A stretch of DNA of 64,000 nucleotides from assembly GCF_018977255.1 (NCBI RefSeq), contig NW_024704742.1, positions 51,710,001 to 51,774,000 of the forward strand, in the 5' to 3' direction. Below are positions 26,401-37,271 of this stretch, piece by piece; the first letter of the stretch is position 1, and every line of letters begins with the position of its first letter. A program made the translations under genes and the position numbers. The DNA is from Callorhinchus milii (Eukaryota). The notes under the pieces are model-generated. The model was not told where the DNA came from. It made no database searches and saw only the letters and a list, made by a program, of their open reading frames with translations.

Positions 26401-27111
26401 GAAGGAGCTTAAAGAATTATGTGAACTCTGAGAAGCTGATTGGACTCACTGACCAGAATTTGAGACAACAGCAAATTGGCAATCTCTCTGAGAGAGGCCA
26501 CAGGATAGTTATTGTGGAAACTGGAACATTTGTATTGGTCTCTATCACACTCTACTTCGGAATGGGGAGAAACCATACCTTAAGAAGTAGTTTACATTTT
26601 AAATAACTTATCTGGTCAATGGGGAGTTAGCTGAAATGCTCAGTTTCCCAGCCAAAAAGTGCTTGCTCCAAAAGTCCGCTAAACCCATTGAATGGATAAT
26701 ACTTTCCTATTAAAGCACATATGCAGTTTATTTAGACACTTCTGCATTTTAATGGTGATTTTTAGTTTTTGTAAAGAGCCAGGTACGGTCAGTAATAGGT
26801 TGATGCCATTGCAACATTGGGATGAAAGTACGGCCTTTTACGGCGGTTCTTGGGGGGAATTATGACAAGGAACACATTTTCCCCCTTCTTTTTATTTGGT
26901 TGTTACTGTGCTGGCAAGTTAGCTTTCTCTATTCAGTGACCATGTCATTGTATTTTGTTATGGAGCTATCGAAGAACGACCTGTTCATTATTGAACTTTT
27001 TTTTAAAAACAGACTTTGGAAATCTTTGGATATAAATTGTATTACTTTTTTTATTGTGTTATTTAATGTGAATAGCAGGACTTCAAATAAAAGTTAAAGC
27101 TCACCACTGTG

Positions 27112-27510
27112 GGACCTGGAAGGGCAGACCAGTCACTGGGGGCCGAGAGTCATCCAACTCAGTTCCTCTTAACCCTGTAAGTTTTAATGGGTTGGGCAGA
27201 CTTAGCTGAACAAGCGGTGTGAAAGCTTCCCAGTCAGCGATATCAATGGCAAGTCACACTGTTTTAGCTGATTAGACTCCAGCAGTTCCCCGAGGCACAC
27301 TCTGGGGTCCCCAAGCCTTGGCTCTTGCCAACCTGCGCCCAATACTCTCCGGAATTAGGTGAGCAGGATGTGTCCCTCCAGGGAGAGTGCGGATTCCATT
27401 CCAACAATCTATCTCTGGGATTTCTATGTGTATGTGGGATGCACGGAAATCTCAGCTTGGCTCGGATACTAGTCAGCACGGGTGATGGGTTTCCGCACGT
27501 GTCAGACACT
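27112..27510. repeat. Unclassified interspersed repeat (homologues at ~6690-6990, ~49090-49285 and inverted at ~57717-58066)
   Basis: Shared blocks such as aagctt.ccagtca..g.t.tcaatggcaag and ctctgggg..cc.aagcc.tggctcttgccaac. Confidence 0.75.
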
Positions 27511-27651
27511 CGGACGACCAAACATAAATTGTCGCAAACAAAGTATTTTGGGGAGAAATTCCAGAACAAATCAAAGTTTTGCCTCAGATGGACAACCCCC
27601 TAAATGAATAATATTTTTTTGCCACAACACCCCTTTATTTTAACATCTGTG

Positions 27652-28196
27652 AGCTGTGTGTATGAGTGAGTGAGTGTATGAGTGAGTGAATGAGTGAGTG
27701 AGTGGGTGAGTGAATGAGTGAGTGAGTGAGTGAGTGAGTGAGTGAATGTCTGAGTGCGTGAGTTTGTGAGTGAGTGTGTGAGTGAGTTTGTGAGTGTGTG
27801 AGTGAATTTGTGAGTGAATGAGTGAATGCATGAGTGAGTGAGTGAGTGAGTGAGTGAGTGAGTTTTTGAGTGAGCGAGGGAATGAGTGAGTGAGTGAGTG
27901 AGTTTGTGAGTGAGTTTGTGAGTGAGTGAGTGAGTGAGAGTGTGAGTGAGTTTGTGAGTGAGCGAGTGAGTTTGTGAGTGAGTGAATGAGTGAGTTTGTG
28001 AGTGAGTTTGTGAGTGAGTGTGTGAGTGAGTTTGTGAGTGAGAGTGTGAGTGAGTTTGTGAGTGTGTGAGTGAATTTGTGAGTGAGTGAATGAGTGAGTT
28101 TGTGAGTGAGTTTGTGAGTTTGTGAGTGTGTGAGTGAGTGAGTGAGTGAGTGAGTGAGCAAGCGAGCGAGTTTGTGAGTGAGTGAGTGAGCGAGTG
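27652..28196 (+). repeat. Degenerate (GAGT)n microsatellite, ~545 bp
   Basis: Direct inspection. Confidence 0.97.
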
Positions 28197-28479
28197 GGGA
28201 AAAAAAAAACCCTCAAGTTATAACACTGCGACAGGTCCAGAGAAACTGAGGTAAATTGAACCCAACCGAGAACTGCAGCAGTGAGTGGGGAACATGTGGA
28301 GAGCCGCAACATTGTGCCTTTGTGGAAACGGAACCTTCTTCGGAGCCACTGAACTGCAACTGAACTGTTCCGGAGCTGCAAACTCCGCTCTTGTGAGTTG
28401 TCACAGTGTGAGTGTGAGGGCTGAGGCTGAGGTGGAGTGGGGCTTCTCTTCCGCACCGAACGCTCCTCTGCACAGGATT

Positions 28480-28640
28480 GGGGGAGGGGGGAGGGGGGGC
28501 GGCCCCGGGGGAGGGGCTCGGGGGGGAGGGGGGCGGGCTCGGGGGGGAGGGGCGGGGCTCGGGGGGAGGGGCGGGGCTCGGGGGGAGGGGGAGGGGGTTT
28601 GTGGGGGGAGTCGCTCCGCAGCTCTGTGTATAAAAGCCAC
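28480..28640 (+). promoter_or_regulatory. RASL11B core promoter: G-rich GC boxes (GGGGCGGGG) and TATA box TATAAAA at 28629-28635
   Basis: GC/CpG-rich stretch with Sp1-type boxes, followed by TATAAAA about 190 bp upstream of the ATG. Confidence 0.7.
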
Positions 28641-28816
28641 AAGTTTTTTTTTTGGCTGAGAAACTCCACCGAGTCCCTGCGCCGCTCTCGGGCCGCACCG
28701 ACCCTCAGCCACAGACCCGCCCCGCACTGCACCGCACCGCCCCGCACTGCCCCGCACTGCCTGTGGGATCCCCCCCCCCCCCCCCCCGTGCACCTTCACC
28801 GCTCTCCGCGGCTGCT

Positions 28817-28925
28817 ATGCGCCTCATCCAGAACATGTCCACTATCCAGGAATACTCCCAGGAATACCCTTCCGGGCGGGTGGTGAAGATCGCGGTGATC
28901 GGCGGCAGCGCTGTGGGCAAAACCG
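28817..28925 (+). CDS. RASL11B: RAS-like family 11 member B, coding exon 1 (MRLIQNMSTIQEYSQEYPSGRVVKIAVIGGSAVGKT)
   Basis: The N-terminus MRLIQNM is characteristic of RASL11B. P-loop GGSAVGKT. Donor G|gtaaga, phase 1. Confidence 0.95.
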
Positions 28926-28964
28926 GTAAGAAATACACCCGAGAGCTGCAGTCACTGCCACTGC

Positions 28965-29060
28965 CGCTCCGCACCGCACTGCACCGCACCGCTCCGCACC
29001 GCACCGCTCAGCACCGCACCGATCAGCACCGCTCAGCACCGCACCGCACCGCACCGCCCC
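28965..29060 (+). repeat. (GCACC)n pentamer repeat at the start of RASL11B intron 1
   Basis: Direct inspection. A shorter related tract lies in the 5' UTR at ~28720-28760. Confidence 0.9.
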
Positions 29061-29149
29061 GCGGGCACTGCCCGGACACCGGGGGCACAGCGACTGCACA
29101 GCCAGAGGAGAGTCTGCAGTGAAGCTCACACTGTCCCGCCCCCGGGAGC

Positions 29150-30087
29150 CAGTGCCCGGGGCCAGTGTACCAGTGCCCGGGGCTCAGTGCCCGGGGCCAG
29201 TGTACCAGTGTCCGGGGCTCAGGGCTCAGTGTCCGGGGCTCAGGGCTCAGTGTCCGGGGCTCAGGGCTCAGGGCTCAGGGCTCAGGGCTCAGTGTCCGGG
29301 GCTCAGGGCTCAGTGTCCGGGGCTCAGGGCTCAGTGTCCGGGGCTCAGGGCTCAGGGCTCAGGGCTCAGTGTCCGGGGCTCAGGGCTCAGGGTCCGGGGC
29401 TCAGGGCTCAGTGTCCGGGGCTCAGGGCTCAGGGCTCAGGGCTCAGGGCTCAGTGTCCGGGGCTCAGGGCTCAGTGTCCGGGGCTCAGGGCTCAGTGTCC
29501 GGGGCTCAGGGCTCAGTGTCCGGGGCTCAGGGCTCAGGGCTCAGGGCTCAGGGCTCAGTGTCCGGGCTCAGGGCTCAGTGTCCGGGGCTCAGGGCTCAGT
29601 GTCCGGGGCTCAGGGCTCAGGGCTCAGTGTCCGGGGCTCAGGGCTCAGTGTCCGGGGCTCAGGGCTCAGGGCTCAGGGCTCAGTGTCCGGGGCTCAGGGC
29701 TCAGTGTCCGGGGCTCAGGGCTCAGTGTCCGGGCTCAGGGCTCAGTGTCCGGGGCTCAGGGCTCAGGGCTCAGGGCTCAGTGTCCGGGGCTCAGGGCTCA
29801 GGGCTCAGGGTCCGGGGCTCAGGGCTCAGTGTCCGGGGCTCAGGGCTCAGGGCTCAGGGCTCAGGGCTCAGTGTCCGGGGCTCAGGGCTCAGTGTCCGGG
29901 GCTCAGGGCTCAGTGTCCGGGCTCAGGGCTCAGTGTCCGGGGCTCAGGGCTCAGGGCTCAGGGCTCAGTGTCCGGGCTCAGGGCTCAGTGTCCGGGGCTC
30001 AGGGCTCAGTGCTCAGGGCTCAGGGCTCAGGGCTCAGGGCTCAGTGTCCGGGGCTCAGGGCTCAGTGTCCGGGGCTCAGGGCTCAGC
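29150..30087 (+). repeat. Compound minisatellite of GGGCTCA heptamers interspersed with GTGTCCG, ~940 bp
   Basis: Direct inspection. Very homogeneous. Confidence 0.97.
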
Positions 30088-30154
30088 GCGTGTTGGTTTC
30101 ATGGGGTGAAAGCGCTTCTCATTGTGTACAACAGAGCCTCAGTGACTGTCCCGA

Positions 30155-30750
30155 GACCCCTCCAGACACCCCCCCCCCCCAGACACCCCCCCCAGACACC
30201 CCCCCCCCAGACACCCCCCCCAGACACCCCCCCCCAGGCACACCCCCCCCCAGACACCCCCCCCCAGACACCCCACCCCAGACACCCCCCCCCAGACACC
30301 CCCCCCAGACACCCCCTCCAGACACCCCCTCCGACCCCCCCCAGACCCCCCCCCAGACACCCCCCCAGACACCCCCCAAAGACACCCCCCCCCAGCACCC
30401 AGACACCCACCCCCAGCACCCAGACAACCACCCCAGCACCCAGACACCCCCCCAGCACCCAGACACCCCACCCCAGCACCCAGACACCCCACCCCAGCAC
30501 CCAGACACCCCACCCCAGCACCCAGACACCCCCCCAGCACCCAGACACCCCCCCAGCACCCAGACACCCCCCCCCAGCACCCAGACACCCCCCCAGCACC
30601 CAGACACCCCCCCCAGCACCCAGACACCCCCCCCAGCACCCAGACACCCCCCCCCAGCACCCAGACACCCCCCCCAGCACCCAGACACCGCCCCCCAGCA
30701 CCCAGACACCCCCCACCAGCACCCAGACACCCACCCACCAGAACCCAGAC
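30155..30750 (+). repeat. C-rich minisatellite, (Cn AGACA) grading into (CCCCAGCACCCAGACAC) units
   Basis: Direct inspection. Confidence 0.95.
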
Positions 30751-31454
30751 ACCCAGCCAGACACCTAGCCAGCCAGCCACCCACATACGCACCAGCACCC
30801 AGCCACCCTCCCAGCCACCCACACAACCAACCACCTAGACACCCAACCACCCAGCCAGCCACCCACCCAGCCAGCCAGACACCCAGCCAGCCGGACACCC
30901 ACCCAGCCAGACACCCAGACAGCCAGACACCCAGCCAGCTAGACACCCACTCAGCCAGCCAGACACCCACCCGGCTAGCCAGACACCCACCCAGCTAGCC
31001 AGCCAGCTAGCCAGACAGCCAGCCAACCAGACACCCAGGCACCCAGACACCCAGCCAGCTAGCCAGCCAGACACACAGCCAGCCAGACACCCACCCAGCC
31101 AACCAGCCAGACACCCAGTCAGCTAGCCAGACAGACAGACACCCAGCCAGCCAGACACCCAGCCAGCCAGCCAGCCAGACACCCAGCCAGCCAGACACCC
31201 AGCCAGCCAGACACCCAGCCAGCCAGACACCCAGCCAGCCAGACACCCACCCAGCCAGACACCCACCCAGCCAGCCAGCCAGACACCCAGCCAGCCACCC
31301 AGCCAGCCAGCCAGACACCCAGCCAGCCAGACACCCACCCAGCCAGCCAGTCACCCAGCCAGCCAGTCACCCAGCCAGCCAGTCACCCAGCCAGCCAGTC
31401 ACCCAGCCAGCCAGTCACCCAGCCAGCCAGTCACCCACCCAGCCAGCCAGTCAC

Positions 31455-31485
<31 letters not shown>

Positions 31486-32026
31486 CCCAGCCAGCCAGCC
31501 AGCCAGACACCCAGCCAGCCAGACACCCAGCCAGCCAGTCACCCAGCCAGCCAGTCACCCACCCAGCCAGACACCCACCCAGCCAGCCAGCCACCCAGCC
31601 AGCCAGACACCCAGCCAGCCAGACACCCAGCCAGCCAGACACCCAGCCAGCCAGACACCCAGCCAGCCAGACACCCAGCCAGCCAGACACCCAGCCAGCC
31701 AGTCACCCACCCAGCCAGCCAGTCACCCAGCCAGCCAGTCACCCAGCCAGCCAGACACCCAGCCAGCCAGCCAGCCAGCCAGCCAGACACCCAGCCAGCC
31801 AGACACCCACCCAGCCAGCCAGTCACCCACCCACCCAGCCAGCCAGTCACCCACCCAGCCAGCCAGTCACCCAGCCAGCCAGCCAGTCACCCAGCCAGCC
31901 AGTCACCCAGCCAGCCAGCCAGTCACCCAGCCAGTCACCCAGCCAGCCAGTCACCCAGCCAGCCAGTCACCCAGCCAGCCAGACACCCAGCCAGCCAGCC
32001 AGTCACCCAGCCAGCCAGCCAGTCAC

Positions 32027-32057
<31 letters not shown>

Positions 32058-32210
32058 CCCAGCCAGCCAGACACCGAGACAGCCAGCCACCCAGCCAGAT
32101 AGCCAGCCAGCCACACACCCAGACGGACACACATCCAGACAGACACACATCCAGACAGACAGATAGACACATGCACACCCAGAAGGACACACATCCAGAC
32201 AGACAGACTC
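30751..32210 (+). repeat. (CCAG)n-based compound repeat with units CCAGCCAGCCAG(A/T)CAC
   Basis: Direct inspection. ~1.45 kb. Confidence 0.95.
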
Positions 32211-32515
32211 GGAGACTATCACGGAAATAGTTTGTGCCCCGAGAAGCTCTCCCTGGGCTTCAAGATGATACCACACAAACTGCTTTTGTTCTGGCTGATG
32301 GCAGCGAATGTCTTTGTGTGCGCGCGTCTGCCCTCCGTCTGCGTGCGCGGTGCGCGTCTGCCCCCCGTCTGCGTGCGCGCCATGCGTCTGCCTCCCCCCC
32401 CCCCCCCGTCTCTGTCTGTACGTGCACGTGTGTGTGGGTCTGCCCCCCCAGTGTGTGTGTGGGTGTGTGTGGTGTTTGTGTCCATCTCTCATTCTCCTCT
32501 CACTTTGTTTTCCAG

Positions 32516-32572
32516 CTCTAGTAGTTCGGTTCCTAACCAGAAGGTTCATCGGAGACTACGAAAGGAATGCAG
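32516..32572 (+). CDS. RASL11B: RASL11B coding exon 2 (ALVVRFLTRRFIGDYERNAG)
   Basis: Pyrimidine-rich acceptor ctttgttttccag, donor gtgagt. 57 nt, phase-compatible. The peptide matches the RASL11B switch I region as I recall it. Confidence 0.96.
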
Positions 32573-32730
32573 GTGAGTGTGCTGGGTTCACATCAATTAT
32601 ATTTTTTGTTTTCTAAACTAAATAGAAAGTTATGCTATGAAGTTTAATTCTAGGAGCTGCAGAGTGATTTAAAAACAAATTAAATTCTGGATTGGTCTTC
32701 TCTAGAAACTGAGATGGTTGCTTTTTTCAG

Positions 32731-32807
32731 GTACCCTGTACTCGAGGCAAGTCCAAGTGGATCGAGAACAACTTGCGATACAAGTTCAGGATACTCCTGG
32801 TGTTCAG
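32731..32807 (+). CDS. RASL11B: RASL11B coding exon 3 (GTLYSRQVQVDREQLAIQVQDTPGVQ)
   Basis: Acceptor cttttttcag, donor gtgaga. 77 nt, restores phase 0. Carries the G3 motif DTPG typical of RASL11. Confidence 0.95.
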
Positions 32808-35619
32808 GTGAGATTTTCAGCAATGTTTTGTAGTGTCTTTTTGGCTGGGAGGATCTGATCATTTCCCCCCCCACACCACCTCCTGCTTCCTCCAACAATT
32901 GGTGTCTTTAGGGCAGGAGTACACCAGGATTCTAGTCTGAAGTTTTAAAAAGTTTTTATGGTAGATTTTGATGTGTAAAAATTCTGATGCTGTTGTACAT
33001 TTTTTGCTGGGTGTGCTATGGAGAATCCTCAAATGGTTGCACTAAGCCCACGAATGCATTGATGTAAAAAAAAATCATGGGTTGGGATTTTGTTCCGTGC
33101 ACATGTGAAGCGAAGCCTTTGGAGCTTGTTAATTAAAGTAACGGAGGCTGGGAGCTGGGCCTGAATATTATGACTTTGCTTCTGACATTGGCTCTCTTAC
33201 AAGTGGACAAAATTTACTGGCCGGTCAGGCTCTGTGCATTGTTGACAGAGTGCAGCTGTTGGAAGATCTGCACTGCAGAAATGATGTAAAGTGGCCCAAT
33301 GTCTATCAAATGATTTTAACAAAATTAACTCATTGACGATGCCACAATTTTTTTTTTGGTCAGCCGGATGTCTGACATATGCTGAAACCCATGGTCCAGA
33401 GCATCCAAACCACAGCTTACATAATTGCAACGAAGTTTTGTGTGCGGTTTCTGTGACTAGCTTTACTGCCTGATAACGGTGCAACTCTAATGGGCTCTAT
33501 CTCTTTGTTTTGACTCTATCGTAGTCTCTTGAAACGCTAGTATTCAATTTGAACGTGTTGAATTTTTGTTGAAAAAAAANGTTGGACACATGTGGTGAAG
33601 TTGTACATTTTGAAGTTATGACTTCAAAACTTGCCCACAAACTTGTGCACCACTGATATTCGGGATATCCGTACCCATTCTAAGAGTGACATGTATTGAC
33701 TTTCTTCACTTACTGTTAAGAGCAGGCAGTTTGGAGGACAGGGACTCTGGGTAGTTGCTGAACCAGTTGGTGTGCTTCAGTAGATGCAGCGACATTCCTA
33801 AATCTTACTCCGCTATTGTCCGAGCTGTGGGAAGTTCTACAGTTACAGGCTCCATTAATCTGAATTTTGTGGTGGGCGTTTGGGCACAAGTTGAGTGAAT
33901 ATGTTTGCACTTGCTAGAATTGTCTACAACTACAGTGACAACACTTCACATTAAAATCGTGTGCAATGTGATGTCACTATATCAAAAAATAAGGATTATT
34001 GTATTAAAGTGCAGTAAAAACACAATTACTATGTCAAATATTGTAACTCCACGTAGTTGTTCGACCTGACCCTACAATAATAGAATCGATGAATTGTGTT
34101 TTCTCTTAAGTTTAATGGTTTTTCAGTGGTTATTTCTTAGGGAACGTGGTTGTCTTTCTTCCCCTCACACCCCCACCTGCATGCTTTAGCAATGTCAGTG
34201 TAGTATAACTAGATAAACATGACATGGATTTAGTATGGAGTTCTTGTGGTGCTTAACTATTTGATATCTTTTTGATAAATTTGTGCAACAATTTTTACAA
34301 AGAAATGATGAATGTTTGCTTTTGATATCCTGAAAATGGTGTTCTTCAAATATTCTTGGGGGGAGTGGGGTGGGTATAAATGTCAGATTTGTGCTTATTG
34401 AAATATCTATTTGTTAAGATTGCTACTCAAACTTTCCATTGGCATTTTGAGTACAAGTTAACAGCCTATGTATGATTTCTATGGCCTTATAATAATAATC
34501 CTTGCATTTGATATAGCGCCTTATTGTGCCTTCACAATGTCTCAAAGTGCTTCACAGAATATACTGTAAAGTGAATTGACTGTATATTTTGGGGGAAGTA
34601 ATTCATAATGTCCTCCAAGTAACGTGCACTGATGCTGTTACTGAGAGTAGTTTATAATTGGATTTTATGGTTCTGTGCAGTCCTGTCTATTCATGATTTC
34701 AGCTGTTTATACTATTGGTTATTTTTAAACCGTCTGCTGACCATTTAGGGTGCTTACACAAAAGCACTATTATCCAAGACTAGAGTTTGTTTAAATGATC
34801 AAAACAAATATTGTAACGGAACTGAATGGGCAGGTTTCCAACACTTATCCCACTCGGCTGTATTTGGACTAAGCAGTATAGTATGTCTAGCCAAATATTT
34901 CCCAACAAGAGAAACTACCGGTTCAGACTTCAGCAGCCTGTCTGGGTCTGGTACTTTTGCTTAAGCACAGCATATATGAGTTTTTTTTCCCCTGCCTTCC
35001 ATGATTATACAGCTGAATCAACATGGCTCTGCAAAAGTAAGACCATTATGTAGTTCAGATACAATCAAGTCATATAGTGGTGTAACCCAGCCAATATTCA
35101 GATAACCAGCTCTTTGTTTTGTATATCTTATAAGATCTGTTAACTTTTATCTACAATATGATGCAGGGGAACCCTGCTATGACTTATAGTGCCTGTGGAC
35201 CTGTGATAATTGGACTATACCCAGCTTGCAGCGCTAACCAGCTGATTTCTCATGCTAAATGGTTGACTATAATTCCTATTCATGGCAGGCAACGTAAAGT
35301 CGGCAGCAACCTGAAAGTTGGCTATTTTTAACGCTTTGGTCATAACGTGGCCTTTTGGGTAGGATCTTGTTTCCAACCTATCCCTGAACTTAACTTGGAC
35401 TGAAAGCCAAGTGAATAATGAAATAGTGATTTTATTTTGCGGGGTGGGGAGGGTCCAAAAGCAGGAAATAATTTATTATGTTTCATTATCACTGATCATT
35501 TCAAGGATTATTATTACGTCTGCTATCAACTCTACTACTTGTTCCTTTTGGTATTTATTTTTGGATGTAATAGTTTTATTTCCTCTTGTGATTATAATTC
35601 CTTGACTTTGCATTTCCAG

Positions 35620-36081
35620 ATAAATGGACAGAGTTTGAGCTGCAGCGACCTTAACCGATCCATACAGTGGGCTGATGCCATCGTCCTGGTCTATTCAATC
35701 ACAGACTATAAAAGCTATGAACTGATCAGTCACCTCCACCAGTATGTCTGCCGTGCACATCCAGACAACCGAGTTCCTGTTGTCATTGTAGGGAATAAAG
35801 CTGATCTACTTCATGCTAAACAAGTTGAAACTCACCACGGTCTACAACTGGCAAACCTATTAGGCTGCACCTTTTATGAAGTGTCTGCCAGTGAGAACTA
35901 TAATGATGTATACAATGCTTTCCATGTCTTATGCAAAGAAATTAGTAAACAGCAAATGAGCAGCAATGCTGAGAAGAGGAAGACCATCATACCCAGGCCA
36001 AAGTCCCCCAACATGCTAGATTTAAGGAGACGCTTCAAGCAAGCTCTTTCTGCCAAAGTGCGGACTGCAACATCTGTTTGA
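35620..36081 (+). CDS. RASL11B: RASL11B coding exon 4 ([20 protein letters not shown]...[18 protein letters not shown])
   Basis: Acceptor ttgcatttccag. G4 NKAD, G5 EVSA, C-terminal [21 protein letters not shown]. Spliced CDS 109+57+77+462=705 nt, 234 aa, open throughout. Confidence 0.97.
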   Translation: MNGQSLSCSDLNRSIQWADAIVLVYSITDYKSYELISHLHQYVCRAHPDNRVPVVIVGNKADLLHAKQVETHHGLQLANLLGCTFYEVSASENYNDVYNAFHVLCKEISKQQMSSNAEKRKTIIPRPKSPNMLDLRRRFKQALSAKVRTATSV

Positions 36082-37265
36082 GATGACCTGAAGAGACTGT
36101 GATTGAAATACAAAATAATGCAGTGCTTCAACATAAAGACTGATGCAACCTAAAATGATGAGTGTGAACATCTGGAAGGCTATGTTGGGAAGCTGCTTGA
36201 CCATAGGAAGTGCAAAAGACTGTATTCAGCCAGATGGTTCTTTGATCCCTTGCTCAAGTAGTTGATTTAACATTTGCTGCTTCAGTGAGCCTAGCTTTAC
36301 AGACTGTAGTTGGAGCAGACTATTCTATGGAACAGTCAGAAGCACTCTGAGAAGGCCCGATCGGTTTATTGAAAGTTTTTTTTGTACAATAATTTTTGAA
36401 AGATGTGTAGTGGTGACGGCTAGCCAATTGGGAGAAATCCTAAATACTTTAAAATGGCTACTGGGTAGCTTGTTCTGGTCTTTAGTATGTGGGGAAACTG
36501 CCTTGATGTTTTTTAATATAAAAATGCTTCAGACTTCCCCTTTGCTGAAATAATAGCAGCTGTATGACATCTTTGCAATGTGCCTCTGACTTTTTAGATC
36601 CCAATAGGCACCCGCAAAATGAAAGTATTTTTAAAATACTAGATTTGTAGTTCCCAATCTAAAATGTTTTGTAGTGGGTGGGTGGGGAGGAAGGTAGGCA
36701 AGTAAACGGGACTGAATGGTTTGCTATTTTAAAGAGACAGCACAGATACAATGAGCTGAAGGGTCTTCTGTACTGTAAAATTCTGTTTTTTTTCTTGATT
36801 AAACCACGTAGTTTATTATCTGCACACTCTATTTGCACTCTAATGCAACTGATCTTAACATGCAAATTGTTGAGCAACAACTTGTCCCCTCCTCCCCATT
36901 CTTTGTCAAGCTTTTTAGCTTTGTGAAGAATTAATCATCATGTGAAATTGTATTATTTTTCTCTTTTTCCTCAGCCCCACCCCCCCCCACCCCCTTTTTC
37001 TATGCATCCTCCAATAAAATATTTGCCCACAGCTGGCTAAATAAAACCAGGCAGTAGTTGTAATGCCAGGACATTTGTCCAATGAGGCATTTGAACTGAG
37101 TGGAGCTGATATCCGACATCAGCCTTGTGGCTTTTCTCCTGTGTTCGGTCCGAAGGGGATAGAAACTCCCCTCTAAATGCACTTTATGAAAGCCACGGTG
37201 CTTTTGGTTTGATCGGTTTACAATGATCTTTCTCCAAAGGAAGATGCCCTTTGTACAATTTGACA

Positions 37266-37271
37266 AATAAA
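37266..37271 (+). terminator. Likely RASL11B polyadenylation signal AATAAA
   Basis: AATAAA followed by a T/GT-rich downstream element (ttgtatgtttttctgtt). An alternative AATAAA lies at 37013-37018. Confidence 0.6.

Noticed and set aside
27635..28747. 370-aa minus-strand ORF (HSLT repeats, poly-Pro)
   Set aside because: Translation of the (GAGT)n tract and the G-rich promoter.
29119..30998. Very long ORFs (549, 314, 603 aa) and the overlapping minus-strand ORFs to ~32200
   Set aside because: These are translations of stop-free tandem repeats inside RASL11B intron 1. They are open in several frames and have no domain content.
29150..32210. CRISPR array or immunoglobulin switch-region-like repeats
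   Set aside because: No unique spacers or cas genes. AGCT hotspots are rare, and there is no Ig locus context.
33580..33580. Single N base after an A run
   Set aside because: Assembly ambiguity or gap marker in RASL11B intron 3, not biology. The intron length may be uncertain.
35437..35619. N-terminal 61 codons of the 214-aa ORF
   Set aside because: Intronic read-through upstream of the exon 4 acceptor at 35619.
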